Notes: generated by a model not told the origin, from the letters alone. A DNA stretch of 42,702 nucleotides from Verrucomicrobiota bacterium (GCA_049510745.1 JBEKYR010000044.1:1-42702), one strand, 5' to 3'. Counted from the stretch's first letter, positions 1 through 12,592 are shown. Numbers and translations: made by a program.

Positions 1-1447
1 CAAAGGCGGCGCGCAGGTCCGCCGCCACTATCATGATCGGCGCCGGAGGCTGGTTGGGGATGCGGTCCCAATAACCGGCGTTGTTGAACCGGCGCAAATA
101 CCACGGCAGCGGCCAGTAACTCTCCGGCGCCATGACTTCCACGATGGTGTCGTACCCCTGGGGCGAAACCTGGGCGAGGGCCTCGACCGTCTGGACCAGC
201 CGCAAGGCGTCGGGCGTGGTCTGGCTATAGACGTAGGGGTTTTTCGGGCTGTCGCAATACGGCACGCCGCCTTTATCGACGGCAAAGCTGCCCGCCCAGG
301 CCTGCCAGCCCAATTGCCCCGCGCCCGCCGCCAGCGCCACGGCCGCCGCAACCTGGAGCCGGCGCGCCCGGCAGGCCCGCCAGACAAACACCGCGCCCGC
401 GCCCGCCAGCAAAATCATCCCGTGATAAAAGCCCAGCAGACACCACGGCGTTTTGTAGGCGATCACCGTGTAAATCAGCGTCAGCCACATCGTGTAGAAC
501 GCAATCAGCCGGAGCAGCAGGCGCGGCGCCGGCGCGGCGGCGCGGCCCGACAACGCCGCGACAAATCCCACCGCCGCCAGCGCCACAACGAAGGCTTCGC
601 TCCAAACCGGCCCGCCGCGCGCGTGAAAGAACAGCAGACGCTCGAAATAAAACGTCCACGAATGGGCGTGCCCTGTGGCGCCGCCCGCCCGCCGCAGCCA
701 CGGAAGGTAGGTTTGGAGCGCGGCCAGCGGCCCCCGCGCGTTGTGGAAAAACGACGAGAAAAAAACCAGCGCGATCCCTGCCGCCGCCAGGAGCGCCAAA
801 ACGACATGCCGTCGCCGCCACTGCGGCCGGAAGCCAGCCGCGCCGCCGTCGCGCCATCGCCCCCAGGCGGCGGCGCTCCCGGCGGACAGAACCATCGCCG
901 CGACCGCAAAAACGAAAGTTTCCTTGGTGGCGAACATCAAGCCCAGCCCGATGCCCGAGGCCAGCGCCCAACCGGGCCGCGCCTTCTGGACGTAACGCCA
1001 GCCGCTGAAAAAACTCAGCGCGGTGAAAAACACCAGCAACATCTCGTGGATGTAATAGCGGCTGTAATAAACCATCGCGGGCGAAATGGCGGTCAAGGCC
1101 GCGGCCCAGAGCGTTTCCGCCCGGCCCAGTTCCGGCGTCAGGAGCAGGAGCAGGAGGACCAACCCCGCGCCAAACGCCACCGTCACACCGCGAAAGGTGG
1201 ATTCGGTGAACTGGTTGAAATCGGGCGCGCCGCCGAGCCAGGCGGCGGGCAGGGTGAAATAAGGCAGCGCCGGGCCGTGAAACTCGCCGGGGTCGTATTC
1301 ATAATTATTATTGACCCAGAGAAGCCGGAACTTCATGGCGTTGACCCCTTCGTCGTTGTGCAGGGGCCGCAGCGCCAGGTGGGGCGCGCGCAAACCCAGC
1401 GCCGCGCCTGTCAGCAGCGCCATTCCCGCCACAAGCCAGCGGTTCAC
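1..1447 (-). CDS. Polytopic membrane glycosyltransferase-like protein (GT-C/PMT-like, TIGR03663/Agl23-type); 3' end runs off the window
   Basis: Not in the ORF track; translated by hand from GTG at 1447, which overlaps the upstream stop (GTGA): MNRWLVAG...LRPLHNDEGVNA...YEYDPGEFHGPALPY...SPAMVYYSRYYIHE...ATKETF...YKTPW...YWPLPWYLRR. Many hydrophobic segments and motifs typical of this family. Confidence 0.8.
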   Translation of the reverse strand, partial: MNRWLVAGMALLTGAALGLRAPHLALRPLHNDEGVNAMKFRLLWVNNNYEYDPGEFHGPALPYFTLPAAWLGGAPDFNQFTESTFRGVTVAFGAGLVLLLLLLTPELGRAETLWAAALTAISPAMVYYSRYYIHEMLLVFFTALSFFSGWRYVQKARPGWALASGIGLGLMFATKETFVFAVAAMVLSAGSAAAWGRWRDGGAAGFRPQWRRRHVVLALLAAAGIALVFFSSFFHNARGPLAALQTYLPWLRRAGGATGHAHSWTFYFERLLFFHARGGPVWSEAFVVALAAVGFVAALSGRAAAPAPRLLLRLIAFYTMWLTLIYTVIAYKTPWCLLGFYHGMILLAGAGAVFVWRACRARRLQVAAAVALAAGAGQLGWQAWAGSFAVDKGGVPYCDSPKNPYVYSQTTPDALRLVQTVEALAQVSPQGYDTIVEVMAPESYWPLPWYLRRFNNAGYWDRIPNQPPAPIMIVAADLRAAF

Positions 1448-2130
1448 GAGGCGGGCAGGCCGTACGCTTCGACCTCGATGTAAGTGTTCAACGCGCTGTC
1501 GGTGCTGCCCTTGCTGTAGCAGCGCACGTAGCGCGCCCTGGTCCCCCTGGCATCGACCACCTTGCCGGCCCCGGTGAGGGAATTCTCAAAATACTCGCGG
1601 TCGGTCCCGACACCCAATCCGGCGGTGTTTTTCTGGTCGTTGTTAAAAAGGGTCACAACACCCTTTTTGAATTCCGCATCATCCGAAACCTGCACGATCA
1701 CGTCGCGCACGACCACCGGCGTGGTGAAGTCGTGCCAGACGACAATGGCGTAGAGGTTGTATTCCCCCCGCAAATCGATTTGCACCCAGCGCAAACCTCG
1801 GCGGAGCGTGACGACGTTTTCCTCGTAGGCCTGTTTGCGGCCGTCGGTGATCTGTTTCAGCTCGCCGCTGATCAGATTGGGAAGGTCGGAGGAAACCGGT
1901 TTGCCCAGGGCGACGTTGGATGCGCCTTTGGGAGCGAGAAAGGGCGGAAGCGGTTTACTGGTCAGCGGCAACGCGGTGGTATTGGTCGGCAAATTCTGCG
2001 GGGTGCCTTTCATGGCGGGCGGCGGCAGCACCAGCGGCAACGGCGCCAGGTCCGAACCCTGCGCGGCGCCGCGCCCGGCGGCGGCCGCGGCGAGCATCGC
2101 CGCCAGGAACAACAGCCTTTTCATCATCAT
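1444..2130 (-). CDS. Secreted protein with discoidin / F5-8 type C (galactose-binding-like) domain
   Basis: Signal peptide MKRLLFLAAMLAAAAAG; NVALGKPVSS, ITDG, WVQIDL, ARYVRCYS and YIEVEAYG motifs. Start is one of three tandem ATGs (2130/2127/2124). Confidence 0.75.
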   Translation of the reverse strand: MMMKRLLFLAAMLAAAAAGRGAAQGSDLAPLPLVLPPPAMKGTPQNLPTNTTALPLTSKPLPPFLAPKGASNVALGKPVSSDLPNLISGELKQITDGRKQAYEENVVTLRRGLRWVQIDLRGEYNLYAIVVWHDFTTPVVVRDVIVQVSDDAEFKKGVVTLFNNDQKNTAGLGVGTDREYFENSLTGAGKVVDARGTRARYVRCYSKGSTDSALNTYIEVEAYGLPAS

Positions 2131-2384
2131 TCAGACGTAACAAGGCTTCGGCGCGGATAAAAGCGCAAAGTTTTTCCGTTGACAGGGGGAGCAGTCGCTC
2201 TGAGTTTCGGTCGTGGTTCGGACGGTTCATTGCAAAATCACCGCGATTGCAACGCGCAGGGCGAAAGACGCCAAGGCGCCAAGGGAAGCCGAGAACTTTT
2301 TGCACCGCCCTACAATCCGTCAGAATCAGGCATTTCCGACAGGATTTTCTCCGGCAGAGGCTGGGAGCGCGGAAAAAGAGTTTT

Positions 2385-2463
2385 GACAGGATGAACAGGA
2401 TGGACAGGATGAAAGGGGGAATTCTCTTTTGTGAATCCATTCTTAATCCTGTTAATCCTGTCC
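2385..2463. repeat. Palindromic element with 9-mer periodic arms (ACAGGATGA x3 ... AATCCTGTT x2)
   Basis: gacaggatgaacaggatggacaggatg ... ttaatcctgttaatcctgtc read directly; a half copy occurs at 4602-4631. Confidence 0.8.
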
Positions 2464-2622
2464 GTCTTTTTTTGGTTGCGGCTGGCCGCGCTCGGTCTCT
2501 GCGTGAGAATTTCCATTCCTGGCGCTGGTTGAGACGGGTTACAAAAGCGGTATTGTTTCAAATCTTGCCAATCTCCGTCCAAAGCACGGGGGCGTCAAGC
2601 AATGCGAACGTTGGGTAGTGTC

Positions 2623-2838
2623 CTAATTTGATTTTTTTCGATCTAACACGCTCAAAACGAGATAAATCACAAATGCACAGGCAGCCAATATCCCGCTCCA
2701 ACCTATTAGCGCACAAATCCAACTTGGAATTGGAGGCGCAGGCACTTCATAGATTTCAAACGAGAATCCAACGCATGTGACAATCGAAAAAAGCAAAGCT
2801 GAATTCAAGGTCAATTGCGCTATTTTGGTCGGTTTCAT
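2623..2838 (-). CDS. Small AT-rich hypothetical membrane protein (2 TM)
   Basis: ATG at 2838 preceded by purine-rich GAAGGGGAAGAA; two hydrophobic helices; visibly lower GC than flanks. The ORF track extends it to 2979. Confidence 0.45.
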   Translation of the reverse strand: MKPTKIAQLTLNSALLFSIVTCVGFSFEIYEVPAPPIPSWICALIGWSGILAACAFVIYLVLSVLDRKKSN

Positions 2839-3084
2839 TTCTTCCCCTTCGTATCCGCCGCAATCGCCAACCTGACCGTAAATCGGAGCAACATGCGGTG
2901 ACTTTGTGGGCTTTCCTTCCTGTTTGTCAAGAACTCCGCAATGCCCCACAAGCCAAGCAGCCCTAATAATGTAAATCAATCAAACCAATCCCTCACATGT
3001 GGGGGTGACCCAAATTAACGGGTCAGTCCCGCATAACCGCATATTTGCGGCCAGCCTTGTGACCTCGTGGAACTTTTTGCTTGA

Positions 3085-4020
3085 TTATGGCGACGGAACC
3101 GAAAAACCCGCGACGAGCGGGCGGTGGTCGGAGGCCAGGCCCCAATTGGGCAACGCCAATATATACGTCTCCTGGCTGAGCCAATGTTGTTTCATGGCGC
3201 GGTTGAGCAGGATGTAGTCGATGCGGCTATAGACATCGTCCTTGCCAAAGTAATGCGTCCAGGTGACGCGGCGCGCTTCGTGGCCGCTGGCGGGGCCGGC
3301 GTCATCGCCGTTGCGCTCGGCGGGGCAGGTGTCAAATAAACGAGTGGCCCCGCGGCCCAGGATGGCGCGGAGCGGCTTGGAATCCTTCAGATCATTGAAA
3401 TCGCCCAGCACGACGAGGTCTTCGCCGGGGCTTTCCGCCAGGCGGGCGTCAATCACCGCGCGCAGGGCCACGGCCTCCTCGTAGCGCCATTCCGCCTCGT
3501 CCGCGAGGGGCGACGGCAGGCGCGATTTGAGGTGGGCCGCGAGCAGGTTGAAACGGTAGCGCGGGGAAACCTGAATCTCCAGATCGGCGAAGCCGCGTTT
3601 GACAAACAGACGGCGGCCGTCGAGCAGAAAACTTTCATTGGTATGCGGACGCCGGGCGACGATGGGGAAACGGCTCAGGACGCAGACATGGATATTGGTA
3701 TCGGGGCCGGCGACCCGCTCCCAAAAGGGGAGGTCGAGGCCGGCGGATTTGAGGGCGGCCTGCAATTCGAGCAGCACATTGGTCGAGCCGACCTCCTGCA
3801 ACGCGAGCACGTCCGGGCGCAGCGCCAGGATGCTTTCGCGGACCTTGGTGTCGGCCACGGGGGATTTGGCGCGGCGCGAGCCGGAGGGAGCATCGAGGAA
3901 ATTTTCGAGATTGAATGTGGCGGCGCGGAAGATTTGCGGCGCGGCCCACGCCGGAATCGCCGGCGCGAGCAAGAGCAGCCACCCCAGCAAAAGACCGCGA
4001 GCTTTGGAAGCGCAGGGCAC
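3085..4020 (-). CDS. Endonuclease/exonuclease/phosphatase (EEP) family protein, probably secreted
   Basis: ATFNLENF, DVLALQEV, HLKS, VLGDFND, RIDYIL and SDHRP motifs. GTG start at 4020 chosen because TTGACG-18nt-TACGCT lies 6 nt upstream. Confidence 0.9.
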   Translation of the reverse strand: MPCASKARGLLLGWLLLLAPAIPAWAAPQIFRAATFNLENFLDAPSGSRRAKSPVADTKVRESILALRPDVLALQEVGSTNVLLELQAALKSAGLDLPFWERVAGPDTNIHVCVLSRFPIVARRPHTNESFLLDGRRLFVKRGFADLEIQVSPRYRFNLLAAHLKSRLPSPLADEAEWRYEEAVALRAVIDARLAESPGEDLVVLGDFNDLKDSKPLRAILGRGATRLFDTCPAERNGDDAGPASGHEARRVTWTHYFGKDDVYSRIDYILLNRAMKQHWLSQETYILALPNWGLASDHRPLVAGFSVPSP

Positions 4021-4076
4021 GAGCGGAGCGTAGCCAAGGCGCGGCTCCGTCGTCAAAGGCAATCGTCACGCCCCCC

Positions 4077-4341
4077 GGGCGCATCTCTTTTTGGACACTG
4101 GTCGATGTTGCGGGAGGGCAAGGGTCGATCCACCGGGGAAAATGACGAATGACGAAATCCAAATGTCTAAAGAATGCTCAAATGACCCAATGACGAAATC
4201 CGCACCCGCATGAATTTCGTCATTCGGGCTTCGTCATTGTTTCGTCATTAGAGCTTCGTCATTCGTCATTCTTGCGGGTCTGGCGGCGGCGAGCCATGAT
4301 CTCCTGTGGACAATGGGGTTGCCAAAAACCGGGATGCGCCC
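4077..4341. mobile_element. MITE-like element with GGGCGCATC terminal inverted repeats and an internal 7-mer (AATGACG/CGTCATT) inverted array
   Basis: Left end GGGCGCATCTCTTTTTGG; right end CCAAAAACCGGGATGCGCCC; 4141-4271 is an imperfect palindrome of AATGACG repeats. Related ends at ~10485 and 18346-18367. Confidence 0.6.
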
Positions 4342-4357
4342 AGAGTGGATATTTTGC

Positions 4358-4386
4358 ATGACAAGTCCGTCGTTCGGCATTAGTTT
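4358..4386 (+). promoter_or_regulatory. Putative sigma70 promoter, leaderless arrangement
   Basis: ATGACA-17nt-TAGTTT, then 6 nt, then ATG at 4393; no Shine-Dalgarno. Confidence 0.5.
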
Positions 4387-4392
4387 TTCTCG

Positions 4393-4581
4393 ATGAGTGC
4401 GACGGAAATTATCAATGAGCTGCCCAAGCTGAGCGAAGCTGAGTTAAGATCAGTTCGCCAGCGGTTGCTCGAACTCGCGGCGCACAACGAGGATATTGCA
4501 CTCTGCGATCAAGCGGCGGCAGAGGGTGCGGCCCTGCTCGACCGCATGGAGGAAGACGATGCCCGTCGTCAACGTCGGTGA
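4393..4581 (+). CDS. Small putative antitoxin (paralog of 11823-12050)
   Basis: 62 aa, MSATEIINELPKLSEAELR...; overlaps the start of a MazF-like stub. Confidence 0.65.
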   Translation: MSATEIINELPKLSEAELRSVRQRLLELAAHNEDIALCDQAAAEGAALLDRMEEDDARRQRR

Positions 4582-4621
4582 AGTTTGGATGATTGATTTC
4601 GGGACAGGATTAACAGGATGA
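4559..4621 (+). pseudogene. MazF/PemK toxin N-terminal stub
   Basis: ATG 4559 gives MPVVNVGEVWMIDFG, the GEVWxxDxG start of MazF/PemK, then runs into the ACAGGAT repeat and stops. Confidence 0.65.
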
Positions 4622-4651
4622 ACAGGATTTTCTGAGGGCTTCTCCGGCAAC

Positions 4652-4735
4652 TCAAACGCCTTGGCACGGGCAAAAGCGGACAAATTCACCCCTTGTAAAT
4701 AAAAAGTTCTCAGTCGGCTTGAAACGATACTTCAT
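4652..4735 (-). pseudogene. Truncated toxin stub (RelE/ParE-like start)
   Basis: ATGA overlap with the upstream antitoxin; MKYRFKPTENF followed by unrelated sequence and a stop after 27 aa. Family assignment is by resemblance only. Confidence 0.45.
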
Positions 4736-4938
4736 TTCGCCCGCCGACGTGACGGGGGCGGCGCGCCGCTCAGAACGGCATCCATGTCGGCGAAGCGCCC
4801 CGCTTCCGCGTCAGCCATCCCGCGTTTGAATGATTGGGGAATCCACGAATCGTCTGACTCGACGACAAACTTGGCGACTTCCGCCCGTTGCTTGGGCGGC
4901 AACGCTTTGAACTGCTTAATCACGGCTTGTGCGGTCAT
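4732..4938 (-). CDS. Small putative antitoxin (addiction-module component-like)
   Basis: 68 aa, MTAQAVIKQFKALPPKQRAEV...FKRGMADAEAGR; size and motif typical of antitoxins; translationally coupled to the downstream stub. Confidence 0.6.
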   Translation of the reverse strand: MTAQAVIKQFKALPPKQRAEVAKFVVESDDSWIPQSFKRGMADAEAGRFADMDAVLSGAPPPSRRRAK

Positions 4939-5054
4939 GCCTCGAATTAACCATCATCGCGCGCGTTTGGCAAGCCAGCGAAACCCTCACGACACCCCCC
5001 GCTCAAATTTGCTTGCTTCGAGTCAGTTTTCGCTAATCAATGCCAGAACGAAAT

Positions 5055-9157
<4,103 letters not shown>

Positions 9158-9172
9158 TCTCTGACGATTTGC

Positions 9173-9655
9173 ATGGCGGAGCCGATCATTGATTTGCAGA
9201 GCGACCACTTCTTCATGGGGGAAGCGTTGCGCCAGGCGGCGCGCGCCTATGAAGCGGGGGAAGTGCCGGTCGGAGCGGTCATTGCGCGGGCCGGGCGCAT
9301 CATCGCGCGGGCCTGCAACCAGGTGGAACTGCTCAAAGACGCCACCGCCCACGCCGAAATGCTGGCCATCACACAGGCGGAGGAAGCGGCGGGCGACTGG
9401 CGCTTGACGGACGGCACGCTTTACGTAACCAAGGAGCCGTGTCCGATGTGCGCGGGGGCCATCGTGCATGTGCGGCTGGCGCGGGTGGTTTATGGGGCCA
9501 GCGACGTCAAGGGCGGCGCCGCGGGCAGCGTTCTGAACCTGCTACAGTTGCCGACCCTCAATCACCGGTGCGACATCACCAGCGGGGTGCGCGAAGCCGA
9601 ATGCCGCGCCCTGTTGCGGGAGTTCTTCGCCGAACAGCGGCGGAAGATCGAGTAA
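9173..9655 (+). CDS. tadA: tRNA adenosine(34) deaminase
   Basis: GEVPVGAV, DATAHAEM, YVTKEPCPMCAGA. Confidence 0.93.
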   Translation: MAEPIIDLQSDHFFMGEALRQAARAYEAGEVPVGAVIARAGRIIARACNQVELLKDATAHAEMLAITQAEEAAGDWRLTDGTLYVTKEPCPMCAGAIVHVRLARVVYGASDVKGGAAGSVLNLLQLPTLNHRCDITSGVREAECRALLREFFAEQRRKIE

Positions 9656-9667
9656 AGGTTGAGGGGT

Positions 9668-10423
9668 TCACCCGGCGCCCAGCAGCTTCGCTTTCAAGGC
9701 GCGCAAGGTGCGCGTCGGATACCGCACGGTCAGGCGGCGCAGGGCGAAGGGCGGGGTGGCGGGGGTGTTGACGCCAAAGGCGGTGGTGCATGCTGTGCGG
9801 TAGCCGGCCTCCATCACCAGGTCGCGCACGGCGTTGTTCCAATCGCCGTACGGATAGCAGAAATGTTCGACGGCCACGCCAAAGGTGTCCTCGAGTTTTT
9901 TCTTGCTGGCGACGATTTCCTCGCGGGCATCGCGCACGCTCAAGCGGGTCAAACGGGCGTGGGTCAGCGAGTGGGAGCCGATGGAGTGTCCGGCCCGGAG
10001 CCATTGCTGAATCTGGCTGGTGTCCATGAGCCGTTCGGGGGCCTCGCCGTCACGGAGGTCCCATTCGTTGCGTTTGCCGATGGCATCGGGCACCAGGAAC
10101 TGGAGGCCGCGCAGGCGGTGTTGGGCCAGCGGTCCGAGGGCGTTTTCAAAGACGTTGCAAAAGCCGTCGTCAAAAGTCAGGGCGACGCGCAGGCTCTGGG
10201 GTGATTTGGCGCAGGCCTCGCCGGGCGTGCAGGCGGCAAAACCGGCCTCGTGAAACTCCCCCAGTTGCCGCACGAAGGCGGAAACACTCACGTAAAGCCC
10301 TTTGAGGCGGACGCCCCGCGGACGAGGCCCGATCTTGTGATACATCAAAATAGGAACCCCGGTGCGAAACAGTTCCAGGAACGGTTTCAAAGTGTAGTAA
10401 GGCCGGGCGGACAACTCACGCAT
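9668..10423 (-). CDS. Polysaccharide deacetylase (CE4/NodB family)
   Basis: PILMYHKI, LTFDDG, IGSHSLTH, FCYPYG. Confidence 0.9.
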   Translation of the reverse strand: MRELSARPYYTLKPFLELFRTGVPILMYHKIGPRPRGVRLKGLYVSVSAFVRQLGEFHEAGFAACTPGEACAKSPQSLRVALTFDDGFCNVFENALGPLAQHRLRGLQFLVPDAIGKRNEWDLRDGEAPERLMDTSQIQQWLRAGHSIGSHSLTHARLTRLSVRDAREEIVASKKKLEDTFGVAVEHFCYPYGDWNNAVRDLVMEAGYRTACTTAFGVNTPATPPFALRRLTVRYPTRTLRALKAKLLGAG

Positions 10424-10484
10424 CCTTGTCGTGTAACACGAACCGTCCGCCGAAACAATCGCAAAGGCGGGCGGCCTCGCCTGG

Positions 10485-10600
10485 GGCGCATCTCACTATT
10501 TGGACACTCGTCAACGCCGCGGGAGCGCCAGCCTCAATCGAGCGGGGGAAATGACGAATGACGAAATCCCAATATCTAACCCCGAATGCTTTCGGGGCAA
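10485..10600. repeat. Partial second copy of the 4077 MITE-like element
   Basis: GGGCGCATCTCACTATTTGGACAC...GGGGAAATGACGAATGACGAAATCCCAAT aligns with 4077-4165; followed by a CCCCGAATGCTTTCGGGG hairpin. Confidence 0.7.
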
Positions 10601-10688
10601 ATGCCTCAATATCGTTCCTGGACGAGATTGGCCATTCGGCAAACAAATCGAGAACATCGCCAAGGATTGGGGGCGAAGGCAAAATTGG

Positions 10689-10725
10689 AGCATACCCGCA
10701 TTGAAAGCCGCAATGCGGGTATGCT
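10689..10725. repeat. 15-bp perfect hairpin with AAAGCCG loop; homolog at 42395-42431
   Basis: AGCATACCCGCATTG-aaagccg-CAATGCGGGTATGCT. Confidence 0.7.
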
Positions 10726-10839
10726 GGAGTCGATTTTCTCCATTTGTCAAGGAAAATGTGCAGACGGCAAAATGAAAAGTTTTAAATGAAAAGTTTTTAA
10801 GGTCCGCTTTTTCCCGGCGTCACTGAGGCGTTACATTCG

Positions 10840-11685
10840 TCATTTTTTTGCGCCTGAGCGGTTTGCTTTGCATCCGGCAAACACGCTGCGCAGATAGTCC
10901 AGGCTCCGGCTGGCGATGACCTCCGGCCCTTCCTCGAATTTGAAGACCTCGACGGAGACGTAACCCCGGTAGCCCGCCTCGACGAGCGCCCCGGCAATCG
11001 GGCGAAAATCGACCGCGCCGAAACCCGGCCCTTTGAGATTTTTGTCGTTGGCGTGAAAATGGGCGAAGTGCGGCCACGAGTCGCGGATGATGCGCGGGAT
11101 GGGCGCCGCCTCCGCGCACATGGCCTTGACGTCCAGAATGATCTTCATGGCCGGGCTGTGGAATTGTTCCGCGAAACGGACCGCTTCCGCGGCGGTGTTG
11201 ATGAAGTTGGTCTCGGCGGGGGCGAGCGGCTCGATGCAGAGGACGGCGTTGCGCTCCTCCGCCCGCCGCACCGCCGGGCGCAAGGTTTGCGCGGCGAAAT
11301 CCCAGGCTTGTTCCGGCGTCAGCTCCGGCGGGACGTTGCGCTGTTGCGGCGAGCCGAGCACCAGCACTTTTCCGCCGAGATCGGCGCAGCAATCGACCAA
11401 TTCGCAAAAATAGCGGGCCGTCCGCTCGCGCACCGCCGGGTCGGGGTGAGTGAGGCCCAGCCCTTCGGTGCGCGCCAGGAGCCAATGCAGGCCGCAGATT
11501 TCGATGCCGAGGCGCGCGGCGGTTTCGCGGAGACGGCGGCGGGCGTCCGGGGTGATTTCGCCCGCCGTTTTGGCCAGCGTGAACGGGGCGATCTCGACAC
11601 CGTCGTAGCCGAGTTTGGCGCAGTACTCCAGGACGGCATCGATGGACCAACCCTGGAAAATCTCATTGCAGATGGCCAGCTTCAT
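10840..11685 (-). CDS. Sugar phosphate isomerase/epimerase (xylose-isomerase-like TIM barrel; D-tagatose/psicose 3-epimerase-like)
   Basis: GYDGVEIAP, LCIEPL, LDVKAM, HFHAND, GPGFG, YVSVEVF. Confidence 0.88.
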   Translation of the reverse strand: MKLAICNEIFQGWSIDAVLEYCAKLGYDGVEIAPFTLAKTAGEITPDARRRLRETAARLGIEICGLHWLLARTEGLGLTHPDPAVRERTARYFCELVDCCADLGGKVLVLGSPQQRNVPPELTPEQAWDFAAQTLRPAVRRAEERNAVLCIEPLAPAETNFINTAAEAVRFAEQFHSPAMKIILDVKAMCAEAAPIPRIIRDSWPHFAHFHANDKNLKGPGFGAVDFRPIAGALVEAGYRGYVSVEVFKFEEGPEVIASRSLDYLRSVFAGCKANRSGAKK

Positions 11686-11786
11686 CCCGCGCTATTGAGC
11701 CACAACCGGCGGAAGTTCCAACTGAATTCCGTTCCGGCAGGCGCGGTCCCGCCGGTGATTGCCAATGACTACCGTTGATTCACCGG

Positions 11787-11815
11787 TTGACTGATGAGGG
11801 TTTGTTTTGTACCTT
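11787..11815 (+). promoter_or_regulatory. Putative sigma70 promoter, leaderless arrangement
   Basis: TTGACT-17nt-TACCTT (with extended TG), then 7 nt, then GTG at 11823. Confidence 0.55.
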
Positions 11816-11822
11816 TCTTTCC

Positions 11823-12050
11823 GTGAGCACAGTTTTGGAAATTGAGTCCGCGTTGCCGAAGTTGACCACTGAAGAACTCCGGCGGATCGAGCAGGCTGTG
11901 CATCAGCAATATCGTCAGCGTCACGACGGTATTGTTTATGATGATTCCTACGGGGTGGTGACGGAAGCCGACTTGATTGCGTCTGCTGAAGAGGCCTTTC
12001 TGGCTTACGACAGGGGGGAGCAGGAGCGCGCTCAACGCCAAGCGGGGTGA
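11823..12050 (+). CDS. Small putative antitoxin (paralog of 4393-4581)
   Basis: MSTVLEIESALPKLTTEELRRI...AEEAFLAYDRGEQE; overlaps a KRGEV stub. Confidence 0.65.
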   Translation: MSTVLEIESALPKLTTEELRRIEQAVHQQYRQRHDGIVYDDSYGVVTEADLIASAEEAFLAYDRGEQERAQRQAG

Positions 12051-12063
12051 AGTATGCTCCTGA
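12028..12063 (+). pseudogene. Probable MazF/PemK N-terminal stub lacking a start codon
   Basis: GCG CTC AAC GCC AAG CGG GGT GAA GTA TGC TCC TGA = (A)LNAKRGEVCS*; same overlap geometry as 4559. Confidence 0.45.
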
Positions 12064-12067
12064 CAGT

Positions 12068-12232
12068 GGGTCTGCATGGCGAAATAATTCTACCCCAGCG
12101 CCACCAGCGGTTTGGCGGGTCGGCGTTTTGAATGACCAGATAACAGGCGGAGCGGGAAAGCTTCCAGTCTTCGACCGGACGTTGCGCGCCCGATCCGATA
12201 CTGACCATTTCGAGGATATGCTCGAAATGGTC
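12068..12232 (-). pseudogene. dinD: Internal fragment of DNA-damage-inducible protein D
   Basis: DHFEHILEMVSIGSGAQRPVEDWKLSRSACYLVIQNADP / 1-nt frameshift / KPLVALG*NYFAMQT matches the DinD core as I recall it (DHF..KMV.IGSGA.R..D..LSRYACYL..QN.DP.K..IA.GQ.YFA.QT); TAG replaces Q. Confidence 0.75.
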
Positions 12233-12247
12233 TTCGCTGGAAACATT

Positions 12248-12592
12248 TCAATCCAATTCCTTGAGCATTTGCTCGACCGTAACGAGGAGCGCGGGCACGT
12301 CCTTCTGCACGGCGTCCCACAACACTTGATAATCCAGATCATCATATCCGTGGCTCAAGTGGTCGCGCGTGCCGGCGATTTCCTTCCACGGCACGGAAGG
12401 ATACCGCGACCGCAAATCCATCGGCAGCCGCTTCACGCCCTCGCCGAGTATTTCGATGAACCGCTCCAGCGCGGCGGTTGCCTGCCAGTCGGCCAGCAGC
12501 TTCTCCAGGGTTTTGCCCGCGCAAATCATCTGAAGACGGCGCGCCGCGTCTTGAACCTGCCGCAACGTCGCCCTTGGATCATGCACGCTCAT
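12248..12592 (-). CDS. HepT-like HEPN ribonuclease toxin (DUF86)
   Basis: ERFIEILGE, PSVPWKEIAGTRDHLSHGY (RX4HXY), VLWD; ATG at 12592 overlaps the MNT gene. Confidence 0.9.
   Translation of the reverse strand: MSVHDPRATLRQVQDAARRLQMICAGKTLEKLLADWQATAALERFIEILGEGVKRLPMDLRSRYPSVPWKEIAGTRDHLSHGYDDLDYQVLWDAVQKDVPALLVTVEQMLKELD

Noticed and set aside
2590..2625. ACCCAAC (RYYYAAC) just after the stop of the AT-rich orphan gene, suggesting an integron attC site
   Set aside because: No matching GTTRRRY or L-box palindrome found, and no integrase present.
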